Below are positions 9,735 to 19,636 of a stretch of 64,000 nt of DNA, piece after piece (positions within the stretch are counted from its first letter, which is position 1; every line of letters starts with the position of its first letter). The notes beneath the pieces are model-generated. The model made no database searches. It had not been told where the DNA came from and worked only from the letters and a program-made list of their open reading frames with translations. The translations under genes were made by a program, and so were the position numbers. This stretch comes from Gammaproteobacteria bacterium (lineage in GTDB: Bacteria; Pseudomonadota; Gammaproteobacteria; UBA4575): positions 480,001 through 544,000 of the forward strand of contig CBDCTA010000029.1 in NCBI GenBank assembly GCA_965221955.1, in the 5' to 3' direction.

Positions 9735-10391
9735 TTATAGCACACTAGCAAAAAATCCGTTCTGTCCTTTAATTTTATTGGTGTAATGCAGATTAAAGTT
9801 ATCAATTATTGATTTTTGTACAGCATCAAGATCTAATAAATTGTTTCGCCATTTTTTTAGTTTAGGAAAACTATCCCAGTCTAAAAAACTTAACTTTTCA
9901 TTCATAAAATCTAAACGGATGAGTAAGGGGGCATAAGCAGCATCAATTAGTGAAATTTCTTCACCATTAAAAAAAGTTGAGTCACCTAATATATCTTCCA
10001 CTCTTTGTAAACGAGTTTTGCATTCGCTCATTTGATTGCGCATGTCAGTTTCTTCGTTATGATCAGCAATCATATAAAGGTCAGCTAAACAGGTGCCACC
10101 ATATTCAATCCAGGCACGGTTCTTGGCAAGCACGAGAGGGTCTGATGGTTTGAGTGATCCTGGTGTAACATCATCAATAAATTCATTGATTACTGCAGAT
10201 TCAAATAGGATTTCTTTGTCATCTACTTTTAGTACCGGCACTTTCCCAAGTGGCGAGATTTCTAAAAACCATTCTGGTGGATTATTTAAATCAATAAACG
10301 TGATGTCATAATCACATTTTTTGTGGTTAAGTGTAATCACACTGCGTTGCACATAAGGGCAAACATTAAAACTGATAAGCTCTAATTTCAT
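9735..10391 (-). CDS. Glutathione S-transferase family protein
   Basis: CPYVQR, SPLGKVPVL, LFESAVI; ATG at 10391 preferred. Confidence 0.92.
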   Translation of the reverse strand: MKLELISFNVCPYVQRSVITLNHKKCDYDITFIDLNNPPEWFLEISPLGKVPVLKVDDKEILFESAVINEFIDDVTPGSLKPSDPLVLAKNRAWIEYGGTCLADLYMIADHNEETDMRNQMSECKTRLQRVEDILGDSTFFNGEEISLIDAAYAPLLIRLDFMNEKLSFLDWDSFPKLKKWRNNLLDLDAVQKSIIDNFNLHYTNKIKGQNGFFASVL

Positions 10392-10448
10392 AATTATATT
10401 TTGATTGATTAAAAGCAGCGCATTATACGTACCAAACAGCAAAATCTC

Positions 10449-10838
10449 ATGTCTGAAAAGGAAAAAATTCGTATTGATAAATGGCTTTGGGCGGCACGCT
10501 TTTTCAAAACACGTGCATTAGCATCAAAAGCCGTAGATGGTGGCAAAGTGCACCTGAATGGTCATCGGGTTAAATCATCACGTCCCATTCAAATTGGTGA
10601 CCAACTTGAAGTTACACGTTCACAAATAAAAACGATAGTTGAGGTAATAGGATTAAGTGATAAGAGGGGTCCTGCCAAAGAAGCTCAACTTTTGTACGAA
10701 GAAACAATCGAAAGTATCCAACAACGTGAGCTTAATTCTCAGCAAAGAAAAATTTTAAATGCCAGCATGCCACGATCAAAAGGCAAACCAGATAAACACC
10801 AACGCAAACAAATTCGTAAAGTTTCTGGGAAGCTGTAA
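10449..10838 (+). CDS. hslR: Heat shock protein 15 (S4 domain)
   Basis: RIDKWLWAARFFKTR, KRGPAKEAQLLYEET. Confidence 0.95.
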   Translation: MSEKEKIRIDKWLWAARFFKTRALASKAVDGGKVHLNGHRVKSSRPIQIGDQLEVTRSQIKTIVEVIGLSDKRGPAKEAQLLYEETIESIQQRELNSQQRKILNASMPRSKGKPDKHQRKQIRKVSGKL

Positions 10839-10987
10839 GTTATACTTATGAACAGCTTGTGGAATATGAAAAGGCGGCGCAAGCCAGGAAACGTGGCACT
10901 GTGCTTTTACCAGATGACCCTTATTTTCAAGATCCAGATATGATGGTTTCCACCAACACACTACAGTAAGTGTATATAAAAAAGTAG

Positions 10988-11158
10988 TTAGAGTTTATTT
11001 TCTTGGTAGTTTTGAAAATACTGCTCGAATTCTTCTTTCGACATGTTGGATTCGGAAATATCCAAGCCATCATGTTTTTGCGTACGCTCAAACTTTTTAG
11101 TTATTTCGTCAGTTTGGTTGGAATGGTTGTTTCCCTCAACCTTCTTTTGGTTAGACAT
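10988..11158 (-). CDS. 56-aa protein homologous to a segment of the 40263..40823 protein (below the ORF-track cutoff)
   Basis: MSNQKKVEGNNHSNQTDEITKKFERTQKHDGLDISESNMSKEEFEQYFQNYQENKL*, AAGGA RBS upstream. Confidence 0.75.
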   Translation of the reverse strand: MSNQKKVEGNNHSNQTDEITKKFERTQKHDGLDISESNMSKEEFEQYFQNYQENKL

Positions 11159-11332
11159 CCTGTCTTCCTTTTTGATTAAAAATATTATTTGTTAGCCTAA
11201 CAAAGAAATTTGCTGTAAGTGCCAATCAGTTGTATTACAGCTTACCGTTTATGCAGAATTATTCTGCATTGGTACAGGTGCGTAATAGCTAAAAAAATGG
11301 GAGATTAGCTGAGCGAGAAACTCAATATTTTT

Positions 11333-12139
11333 CTATTGATTAATCTTGAATGAGATCACAGATTTTGATTTATCATCAACAGGCTTGCCCATGCTCATTA
11401 CGCCGTTCGCAACGAGAGTTTGCTCGTCTTTAGAAACATGAATTTTTTGACCATTATCAAATTTGATATAGGTGCCGTTGAAGCTATTATCTTCTAAAAA
11501 GAATTTACCTTTTTTGAATACAATTTTGGCATGTGCACGAGATACGAATTTGCCTTGTACAATAATATCGCAACTGGGGTCACGCCCTACTTGGCAACTT
11601 TCTTTATTGTCCCCTGTGACAACATGTTTTTCGCCTTTTAAAAATAGCTCAATTGAGGTTTCTGGTTCTTTGCTATTTGCTGCAAGAGTAGGTTCCGGTA
11701 GTTCTGGCTGTGGTGCTTGAGGCTCCAGTTCTTCAGGGGTAAATTCTATTTCGGCGGATTCATCCATTTCCTCAATATCTTGAATTTTATTATTGGCAAC
11801 GGCTTCAGTATTCGTTGCATCCAGAATCTCTTCTTCTAAATCTTTAATTGAAGATGCAATATTTGATGAAGCAGGGTCATCGTCTTGAAGGGCTTCTTCT
11901 AATTCAAGTACTCTTGAGTCACTTAAATCAACGGAAGTGTTTTTAACTTCTTGTGATTCTTTTGCAGCAACAGGCGCTGGACTTTGCTTGTCTTGGGCAA
12001 CTTCCTCTTCTTCGCTTACTTCTCTGCGGTCTACTTTTCTGCGTCGGTTTTTAGTAACTAAAACACCATCACTATCAATAAAAGGATAAGTGACTTTGCG
12101 GCCCCAACGCCGACGTTCATTTTTTCTGCGTTCTTTCAT
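11333..12139 (-). CDS. Arg-pair module + acidic linker + FHA domain protein
   Basis: FHA motifs VGR, VSRAHA, SFNGTY; N-terminal ERRKNERR...YPFIDSDGVLVTKNRRRKVDRR; start may be TTG at 12169. Confidence 0.85.
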   Translation of the reverse strand: MKERRKNERRRWGRKVTYPFIDSDGVLVTKNRRRKVDRREVSEEEEVAQDKQSPAPVAAKESQEVKNTSVDLSDSRVLELEEALQDDDPASSNIASSIKDLEEEILDATNTEAVANNKIQDIEEMDESAEIEFTPEELEPQAPQPELPEPTLAANSKEPETSIELFLKGEKHVVTGDNKESCQVGRDPSCDIIVQGKFVSRAHAKIVFKKGKFFLEDNSFNGTYIKFDNGQKIHVSKDEQTLVANGVMSMGKPVDDKSKSVISFKINQ

Positions 12140-12292
12140 GTAAAAGGAGGATAAACGAATCAACCTCAAAGTATGCGGAAATAGCTAACACTTTGAATAC
12201 CTTAAGACTATCCTACAGCCGGGTGGTAGAAATCGGCCGATTAATGAAGCTGGATATCAGCCTTATTTGTACAAGATGCGAGAATCAGCTTG

Positions 12293-12793
12293 CTAAGGGC
12301 AGAAGTAGTGAATGACGTCTTTTTCGACGTATTCGATTGGGGTGCCGAGACTTACAATTCCGCTGCCATGTAGTTCCATTTTCTCACCCATTAGAAACAT
12401 CTCACCTTCATCATTTTTGATATAGGTGCCATTGGTGCTGTGATCAGTAATCGTGAATTCACCATTGTCGAATTCGAATCTGGCATGTTGGCGAGAGGTG
12501 TAACGGTTTTGAATAATGACGCCACAAGATTGCGAACGACCTACGATAACTCTTTCAGACTCTGGAAAAATTTCACAGACTTCATCTTTGTGCCAAAGGA
12601 ATAATCTTGTGGCTTCTCGTTCAGGTGCTTCGTTATTATGAATTTCAATATTATTGATTCTTCGATCAGGTATTCTTCGCCTGTCTTCTCGAACTAATGT
12701 TTGGTCACTGTCGAAAAAAGGAAAGGGTGGGCTGTCGTTAGCAATTCGACGATCACCAAGTTTTCTTCGCTCGTTGATAAATTCAGTGGCCAT
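12293..12793 (-). CDS. Arg-pair module + FHA domain protein
   Basis: FHA motifs VGR, TSRQHA, STNGTY; N-terminal ERRKLGDRR...FPFFDSDQTLVREDRRRIPDRR. Confidence 0.88.
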   Translation of the reverse strand: MATEFINERRKLGDRRIANDSPPFPFFDSDQTLVREDRRRIPDRRINNIEIHNNEAPEREATRLFLWHKDEVCEIFPESERVIVGRSQSCGVIIQNRYTSRQHARFEFDNGEFTITDHSTNGTYIKNDEGEMFLMGEKMELHGSGIVSLGTPIEYVEKDVIHYFCP

Positions 12794-13324
12794 ATTTATT
12801 TACGGTGAAAAGTATTTTACTCACATGAATTTTCATGTAAGTGTTTTTGGCAACACACGCTTTGTGTTGAGTGTTGCTTTATCTTTATGTAGCAATCAAT
12901 AGTGATTGCGTCAATTGCGGAGCCCAGATTTTAAACATGGCATATCCGTAGGTAGCAAGACCTAAAAATAACCAAATTGCGAGTAAAGTAACTGGGGAAA
13001 CTCGTTGTTCCTCAAAGATTGGAAGACTTGCGTTCTCTACAAGTTGTGTCATCGATGTACCTCAAAGACTAGATGTGTGGTTTCTAGGCGTGAATTTTAA
13101 CATGATGGCTGTTAAGTTGGTATGAAGTGATGATATTTTTTCGTCCACAATTACAAATATATTTTTGTGGAATTTATAGCCAAAACGGGTCTTTAAGGCT
13201 ATGCATATAGGCATAATTTTGGCTATAAAATAGCGGTTATAAAACAAAGATTTTACGTTTAGATGTTAAGATAACTTAAAGAATTTACTAGTGATTTAAG
13301 CCTAATAAATAGATTTAAAACTTC

Positions 13325-14620
13325 ATGAAAAAAATAGATCAAAGAAACTCTAGTTTGACAAATTCAAGTTTTGTTAAGCGTCCGATCGACTCAAATTCGA
13401 TCAGCCAGGGGGCGCTTGATGTCATTTCCAAGCTGCATGCCGCGGGGTTTCAGGCCTATATTGTCGGTGGTGGAGTGCGTGATTTGTTGCTGGATTTGCA
13501 CCCCAAAGATTTTGATATTGCTACCAATGCCACTCCTGAAGATGTGCGAAGACTATTCGATAATAGTCGCATCATTGGCCGGCGTTTTCGTATTGTGCAT
13601 GTTTATTTTGAAGGTGGAATGGTTGAAGTTGCTACTTTCCGTGCTGCAAATACGGCTAGTACGAATAAAGAAGGACGCATTATTGCAGACAATACATTTG
13701 GCAGCATTGAAGAAGATGCGTTTCGCCGTGACTTTACCGTCAATGCATTATTTTATGATTCGGAACACGGCCAAATTCTAGATTTAGTAAATGGTTTGCA
13801 AGATGTTGATGCCAAGCTATTGCGTGTAATAGGCGATCCCGATTTGCGTTTTCGTGAAGATCCTGTGCGGATGTTGCGTGCAGTAAGGCTGGCAACAAAA
13901 TTAAATTTTGAAATCGAAGATAGTGCTAAAGAAGCTATTTATCGTTTAGGTTGTTTATTATCTGAAGTGCCTTCTGCACGTTTGTTTGATGAAATGATTA
14001 AGCTATTCCATAGTGGCTTTGCGTTACAGACCTATCACGGTTTGCGTGAGTTTGATTTATTTCGTCATATGTTCCCGTTAACCGAACAGGTGCTCGAGCA
14101 AGAGGCCGTTGATGAAGAACTTACGTTTACACATCTAGTTCGAATTGCTTTGGAAAATACCGATGAGCGTATACGTTCAGGAAAATCTGTTACACCTGCA
14201 TTTTTATATGCAGTGTTTTTGTGGGGACCTATGCGTAAGCTAAGCAAGCAATTAGAGTTAGATGGTCTCTCGCCACGAGTAGCGCATGATGCGGCAGCCA
14301 AAGACACTATTCTTTCGCAACTCCCGTATACCTCAATTCCAAAACGCTTTTCTTACCCAATGCGCGACATTTGGGATTTGCAATATCGTTTTTATCGTCG
14401 ACGTGGCAAACAAGCCTATAAACTTTTTGAGCATGATCGGTTTCGTGCAGCTTATGATTTTTTATGTTTGCGTGCCAGTGCAGGTGAGCCCGTAGATGAG
14501 CTTTGTGAATGGTGGACGGTATTTCAAGATGTGGATGATGCAACGAGGAGTAGAATGTTGCGTGGCCCTAAGAATAGAAAAGCAAAAACAGGCCGAACTA
14601 AAAATAAAACCTATCACTAA
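13325..14620 (+). CDS. pcnB: Poly(A) polymerase I
   Basis: VGGGVRDLLL, DFDIAT, IIGRRFRIVHV, RRDFTVN, RFRAAYDFL. Confidence 0.97.
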   Translation: MKKIDQRNSSLTNSSFVKRPIDSNSISQGALDVISKLHAAGFQAYIVGGGVRDLLLDLHPKDFDIATNATPEDVRRLFDNSRIIGRRFRIVHVYFEGGMVEVATFRAANTASTNKEGRIIADNTFGSIEEDAFRRDFTVNALFYDSEHGQILDLVNGLQDVDAKLLRVIGDPDLRFREDPVRMLRAVRLATKLNFEIEDSAKEAIYRLGCLLSEVPSARLFDEMIKLFHSGFALQTYHGLREFDLFRHMFPLTEQVLEQEAVDEELTFTHLVRIALENTDERIRSGKSVTPAFLYAVFLWGPMRKLSKQLELDGLSPRVAHDAAAKDTILSQLPYTSIPKRFSYPMRDIWDLQYRFYRRRGKQAYKLFEHDRFRAAYDFLCLRASAGEPVDELCEWWTVFQDVDDATRSRMLRGPKNRKAKTGRTKNKTYH

Positions 14621-14637
14621 TCCTATTTTTTAATGTC

Positions 14638-15138
14638 ATGTCAGTCGTTGATGCCTATATTGGTTTAGGAAGTAATCTGTCTGGCCCTCAATTGCAAGTC
14701 ACCCAGGCTTTGCGGGAGCTGGATGCCATAAAAGAAACCCAGTTGATAAAGGCCTCTAGTTTATACATCAGCAAGCCTATGGGGCCTTCCGACCAGCCAG
14801 ACTATATTAATGCAGTGGCAAAAATTGCTACGCTCTTATCACCAGAAGGCTTGTTGAGAGAGTTACAAGATATTGAGCAAAATCACCAGCGTGACCGTAA
14901 AGACCATCGCTGGGGGCCAAGAACGTTGGATTTAGATATCATTCTATATGGGGATGTGCAGATGAACACCAAGAAGCTGCAAATTCCACATTATGGTGTG
15001 GCAGAGCGAGAATTTGTACTTATCCCTTTACAAGAGCTGCAAGCGGACCTCATTATTCCAGGCAAGGGGTCGGTAGCAGAACTAATTGGCCAATTACCAC
15101 CATATAGTTTAGAAAAGCTGAACAACAATAATGAATAG
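14638..15138 (+). CDS. folK: 2-amino-4-hydroxy-6-hydroxymethyldihydropteridine diphosphokinase
   Basis: YIGLGSNL, WGPRTLDLDI. Confidence 0.98.
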   Translation: MSVVDAYIGLGSNLSGPQLQVTQALRELDAIKETQLIKASSLYISKPMGPSDQPDYINAVAKIATLLSPEGLLRELQDIEQNHQRDRKDHRWGPRTLDLDIILYGDVQMNTKKLQIPHYGVAEREFVLIPLQELQADLIIPGKGSVAELIGQLPPYSLEKLNNNNE

Positions 15139-15781
15139 TCATAACCTTAAATATATCGTCGTTGAAGGGCCAATTGGTGTGGGTAAGACTAGCTTGGCTC
15201 AGCGCTTAGCAGATGAATTTGGTTCGACTTTATTGTTGGAGCATGTTGAAGATAATCCATTCCTTGAGCGTTTCTATCAAAACCCGCGTGAAGCAGCTTT
15301 GTCTACGCAATTGCATTTTTTGCTGCAACGCACCAAACAATTACAAGAGTTCAAGCAAGCGGATATTTTTTCGCCTGTAAGAGTGGCTGACTTTCTGATT
15401 GAAAAAGATCGTTTGTTTGCACAAGTCACTTTGAATGTAAGTGAGTATGAACTCTATGAGCAGGTGTATTCGCATTTGACTATTGACGCACCAAAACCTG
15501 ATTTAGTGGTGTATTTACAGGCACCGGTGGAAGTTTTAATTCAACGCATTCGTAAACGGGGCCGAGGTTATGAGCGTTTAATCGAAACCTCATATTTAGA
15601 ACAGCTAAATGAAGCGTATGCAAAATTCTTTTACGACTATGAAGAAGCGCCTTGCTTAATTGTTAACGCAAGTGATATCGACTTTATTAGCAACGAAAAA
15701 GACTACCAACAACTATTGCATGAAATATTAAATACTGAAGCGGGTAAACGCTACTTTAATCCTCTACCTTTTGCTGGTTAG
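15131..15781 (+). CDS. Deoxynucleoside kinase
   Basis: EGPIGVGKT P-loop, PDLVVYLQA, RIRKRGR. Confidence 0.92.
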   Translation: MNSHNLKYIVVEGPIGVGKTSLAQRLADEFGSTLLLEHVEDNPFLERFYQNPREAALSTQLHFLLQRTKQLQEFKQADIFSPVRVADFLIEKDRLFAQVTLNVSEYELYEQVYSHLTIDAPKPDLVVYLQAPVEVLIQRIRKRGRGYERLIETSYLEQLNEAYAKFFYDYEEAPCLIVNASDIDFISNEKDYQQLLHEILNTEAGKRYFNPLPFAG

Positions 15782-15926
15782 AAAGCTCTGATTTATCCTC
15801 ATACTTCGTTAAAAAAATATCTCAAATGCTCATTTACTTACAAGTAAACTCCGCTTCCTCGATATTTTTTTGCCTCGTCTGAGTCGTAAATTTAGTAATA
15901 TGTCACTAATAAATCAGAGCTTTCTA
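15779..15926. repeat. RPE/MITE-like palindromic element, copy 1
   Basis: Perfect 18-bp terminal inverted repeat TAGAAAGCTCTGATTTAT; core GCTCA-hairpin-CTCCGC. Confidence 0.9.
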
Positions 15927-15937
15927 ATTTAAATAAG

Positions 15938-16735
15938 ATGAGCATTCATAAACCACATAAAAATATAACGCTTAGTCGTTTGCAAGAGATGAAGGCGAAT
16001 AATGAAAAGATTGCTTGCTTGACGGCTTACGATGCAAGTTTTGCAGCTATTCTTGATCAAGTTGGAATGGATGTCATCCTTGTGGGAGATTCACTCGGCA
16101 TGGTTGTGCAGGGACAAGACAGTACTGTATCTGTGACGATGGAAGATATGATTTATCACAGCCAATGTGTAAGTGCTGCTGTAAAGCAGGCCTTTGTGAT
16201 TGCGGATATGCCGTTTATGTCTTATACCAATGTTGAACAAGCGTTAGCGAATGCCACGGATTTAATTCAGTTAGGTGGTGCGCAAATGGTGAAGCTTGAA
16301 GCTTCTAGTAGACAGGTAAGTATTGTGCAAGAGCTAAGCGAATGCGGAATTCCTATTTGTGCGCATTTGGGTTTGCGCCCACAATACATTCATAAGCTTG
16401 GTGGCTATGCCATGCAAGGCAAAGATGAAGCCAGTGCTAAAGAACTAACTCAAAGTGCACAAAGTCTGCAAGCAGCAGGTGCTGATATGTTGTTACTGGA
16501 ATGTGTGCCGGATGCGTTAGCGAAAAAGATTACACAAAAATCAGCTATACCTGTGATAGGGATAGGTGCAGGTAAAGAATGTGACGGACAAATTCTTGTA
16601 TTGCATGATGTTATTGGAATTACCCATGGCGTAACACCAAAGTTTGCAAAAAACTTTCTTGTTGAGGCTGATGATATTCCATCTGCTATTGGTCAATACG
16701 TTAAAGATGTGAAAAATCTTACCTTCCCATCTTAA
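15938..16735 (+). CDS. panB: 3-methyl-2-oxobutanoate hydroxymethyltransferase
   Basis: LTAYDASFA, LVGDSLGM, IGIGAG. Confidence 0.99.
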   Translation: MSIHKPHKNITLSRLQEMKANNEKIACLTAYDASFAAILDQVGMDVILVGDSLGMVVQGQDSTVSVTMEDMIYHSQCVSAAVKQAFVIADMPFMSYTNVEQALANATDLIQLGGAQMVKLEASSRQVSIVQELSECGIPICAHLGLRPQYIHKLGGYAMQGKDEASAKELTQSAQSLQAAGADMLLLECVPDALAKKITQKSAIPVIGIGAGKECDGQILVLHDVIGITHGVTPKFAKNFLVEADDIPSAIGQYVKDVKNLTFPS

Positions 16736-16860
16736 AGAAGCTCTGATTGAACTTAATACTTCGTTAAAAAAATAATCTCAAATTCGCTCATGTATATATC
16801 AATACACTTCGCTCTTTTCGATATTTTTTGCCTCGTCTTAAAGTAAATCAAAACTTCCTA
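16733..16860. repeat. RPE/MITE-like palindromic element, copy 2
   Basis: GAAGCTCTGATT...CTTCGTTAAAA...GCTCATGTAT..ATACACTTCGC...GCCTCG...AATCAAAACTTC. Confidence 0.9.
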
Positions 16861-16868
16861 CACTCCGC

Positions 16869-17720
16869 ATGTTTACGGTAAATACTGTTGCAGAACTACG
16901 CAAGAAAATAAGCGCTTGGAAATCTCAAGGTAAAAAAATCGTATTCGTTCCCACGATGGGAAACTTACATATTGGGCATATGGCATTGGTTAAACATGCG
17001 CATCGCTGTGGAGATAAAGTTGTTTGTAGTATTTTCGTCAACGCACTGCAGTTTGATCGCAATGAAGATTTAAATGCTTACCCACGCACGCCAGATCAAG
17101 ATCTTGCTGCATTAGAAAATGAAAATGTAGACTTAGTTTTTATGCCTACGCATGAAGAAGTATATGCAGAAGAAAACAAGCCGAAAAAAGTAATTCCAAA
17201 GCATCCGCTCAACCAAGAGCTATGTGGCGAATATCGTCCAGGTTTTTTTGATGGCATCGTTGAAGTGGTTGCAAGATTATTTAATATGGTTACACCTGAT
17301 GTGGCGGTGTTTGGTGAGAAGGATTATCAACAGTTAATCATTATTAAATTATTAGTTGCGAATTTAGGCTTGCCTATAAAAATTGAATCCGTTGCAACTC
17401 AAAGAGAAGAAGATGGATTGGCATATAGCTCACGGAATTCATATTTGAGTGCAGAAGAAAGAGCAAAAGCTAAGCATTTGCATGCAGCATTAATGAGTGT
17501 AAAGACTCAAATTAAATCCGGTTTTAAAAACTTTGAGGCATTGGAAGATCAAGCGATGGGACAGCTTTCTTTGGCCGGATTTCGGCCTGATTATGTAGCT
17601 ATTCGGGATGCTGAAGATCTTGCTAATCCTGCATATGCTACTGATTCTATTGTAATTTTAGCAGCTGCGTGGCTAGGGAAAGCGCGCTTGATCGACAACC
17701 TACTGTTACAAATGCGCTAA
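16869..17720 (+). CDS. panC: Pantoate-beta-alanine ligase
   Basis: PTMGNLHIGH, FGEKDYQQL, SSRN, RLIDN. Confidence 0.99.
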   Translation: MFTVNTVAELRKKISAWKSQGKKIVFVPTMGNLHIGHMALVKHAHRCGDKVVCSIFVNALQFDRNEDLNAYPRTPDQDLAALENENVDLVFMPTHEEVYAEENKPKKVIPKHPLNQELCGEYRPGFFDGIVEVVARLFNMVTPDVAVFGEKDYQQLIIIKLLVANLGLPIKIESVATQREEDGLAYSSRNSYLSAEERAKAKHLHAALMSVKTQIKSGFKNFEALEDQAMGQLSLAGFRPDYVAIRDAEDLANPAYATDSIVILAAAWLGKARLIDNLLLQMR

Positions 17721-17774
17721 ATCAGTATACTTTACTTATACAGATTCTATGCGATTTTAAATTAGGAGTTAATT

Positions 17775-17873
17775 ATGTGGATGTTGGTTGTTTTATGTGT
17801 TGTATTAACAGTAGCAATAAACCTTGCAGCACAATTGAATTTATTCAGTCATCTTAAGAATGGTACTTATTAA
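17775..17873 (+). CDS. 32-aa single-TM small protein (not in ORF track)
   Basis: TAGGAG RBS, MWMLVVLCVVLTVAINLAAQLNLFSHLKNGTY*, terminator downstream. Confidence 0.6.
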   Translation: MWMLVVLCVVLTVAINLAAQLNLFSHLKNGTY

Positions 17874-17908
17874 TAGTTGCTAATTCTTTTAAGGAAATTG
17901 AGAATTCT

Positions 17909-17937
17909 AGGGGCGCATGTTGCGCCCTTATTTTTTT
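17909..17937 (+). terminator. Rho-independent terminator
   Basis: GGGCGCA-TGT-TGCGCCC stem followed by TTATTTTTTT. Confidence 0.85.
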
Positions 17938-17942
17938 GTCCT

Positions 17943-18068
17943 GAAGAAGCATTGATTTGTTCTGGCTACTTCGTTAAAAATCATTTCTATTTCATTAATG
18001 TATAGATCAATACACATCACTCATTTCAATGATTTTTGTCTCGTCTCAAAATAAATCAATGTTTCTTT
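17943..18068. repeat. RPE/MITE-like palindromic element, copy 3
   Basis: AAGAAGCATTGATTT...AAATCAATGTTTCTT terminal inverted repeat; internal AAAAATCATT/AATGATTTTT stem. Confidence 0.85.
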
Positions 18069-18073
18069 GAGAT

Positions 18074-19636
18074 ATGGGTAGATCATTAACAAAGTTATCT
18101 TCTTACCAAGCGCTCGCTTCACACTTTGACGAAATAAAATCGCAAACTTTGCGCCAAATGTTTGCGCAAGATGTAAATCGTTTTTCTAATTTTTCTGTGC
18201 AGCTCAATGGCTTGCTGTTTGACTACTCAAAAAATCGCATTACACAAGATACCATCAAAGAGCTCGTTACTTTGTTTGATGAATGTGATGTTTCTATGTG
18301 GCGAGACAAAATGTTTGCTGGTGAAAAGATTAATTCAACAGAAAATCGAGCAGTACAGCATGTGGCTTTGCGTGATTTGGAGAATAAAGATTCTGATATT
18401 GCAAGTAAGCAACTAGATGTATTAGAAAAAATTGAATCTTTTGTTTCTAATTTGTATGCATCAAATATAACAGATGTCGTGAATATTGGTATTGGCGGCT
18501 CACATCTTGGCCCACAGTTTGTGTGTGATGCATTGCAAGAGTTTTCAAAGCCAAATATTAATATTCATTTTGTATCAAACGTGGACGCGGAAGAAAGTAA
18601 ACGCGTGTTACAAAAGCTTAAACCAGAAACTACCATATTTATTGTTACTTCCAAGAGTTTTACCACGCAAGAAACGCTTACTAATGCTTTGGCTGCAAGA
18701 ATTTGGTTAGCAGATGGCCAGAACTTAAAAAACCAAGATCATTTTGTTGCGGTCACTGCAAATGTAGACAAAGCCATTGAGTTCGGCATTACAAAAGATA
18801 ATATTTTCCCGATGTGGGATGAAATTGGAGGGCGTTATTCGCTTTGGTCGGCTGTAGGCTTATCGATTGTAATAGCGATAGGTATGGATGCGTTTAAAGA
18901 ATTACTTGAAGGCGCGCATACGATGGATGAGCATTTTGTTTCTACGCCCGCGAATAAAAACATTCCTGTGTTAATGGCATTGTTAGATATTTGGAATCAA
19001 CATTTTATCGGTGCTACTGCACACGCTATTTTGCCTTACGATGTACGCTTAACGTATTTGCCTGCTTATTTACAGCAATTAGTAATGGAGAGTAATGGTA
19101 AATCGGTTGATCGTGAAGGGCAGCTGTTAGCAGTACCAAGTTCTGCAGTTTTATTTGGTGATGTAGGTACAAATGCGCAACATAGTTTTTTCCAATTACT
19201 GCATCAAGGTACACAAGAAGTTTGTTGTGATTTCATTGGAGTAGTAAAACCTGCTCACAAAAATAAAGAGCAGCATGATATTTTATTAGCTAATATGATT
19301 GGTCAAACTCAAGCTTTGATGATGGGGCAAACACTTGAAGAGGTTGGGGCTAATGAATTTGCAGAGCATAAAGTGTTTTCCGGCAATCGAGTCAGCAATA
19401 CAATTTTTTTAAACGAACTAACGCCTCACTCGTTAGGGATGCTACTTGCCATGTATGAACATAAAACGTTTGCACACGGTGTATTGCTCAATATTAATTC
19501 CTTTGATCAGATGGGGGTTGAGTTAGGTAAAAAACTAGCTAATAACTTACTCGACAAAATTAAAAGCACGAATGCTGTGGAGGATGAAGACTCATCAACT
19601 AATGCATTGATAAATTTTTATAAGAAATTTAAATAA
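18074..19636 (+). CDS. pgi: Glucose-6-phosphate isomerase
   Basis: IGIGGSHLGP, GGRYSLWSAVG, MESNGK, FDQMGVELGK. Confidence 0.99.
   Translation: MGRSLTKLSSYQALASHFDEIKSQTLRQMFAQDVNRFSNFSVQLNGLLFDYSKNRITQDTIKELVTLFDECDVSMWRDKMFAGEKINSTENRAVQHVALRDLENKDSDIASKQLDVLEKIESFVSNLYASNITDVVNIGIGGSHLGPQFVCDALQEFSKPNINIHFVSNVDAEESKRVLQKLKPETTIFIVTSKSFTTQETLTNALAARIWLADGQNLKNQDHFVAVTANVDKAIEFGITKDNIFPMWDEIGGRYSLWSAVGLSIVIAIGMDAFKELLEGAHTMDEHFVSTPANKNIPVLMALLDIWNQHFIGATAHAILPYDVRLTYLPAYLQQLVMESNGKSVDREGQLLAVPSSAVLFGDVGTNAQHSFFQLLHQGTQEVCCDFIGVVKPAHKNKEQHDILLANMIGQTQALMMGQTLEEVGANEFAEHKVFSGNRVSNTIFLNELTPHSLGMLLAMYEHKTFAHGVLLNINSFDQMGVELGKKLANNLLDKIKSTNAVEDEDSSTNALINFYKKFK

Noticed and set aside
13209-13224. 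Sigma54-like GG-N10-GC motif upstream of pcnB
   Set aside because: Weak match (AGGCAT...TGGCT) that is expected by chance
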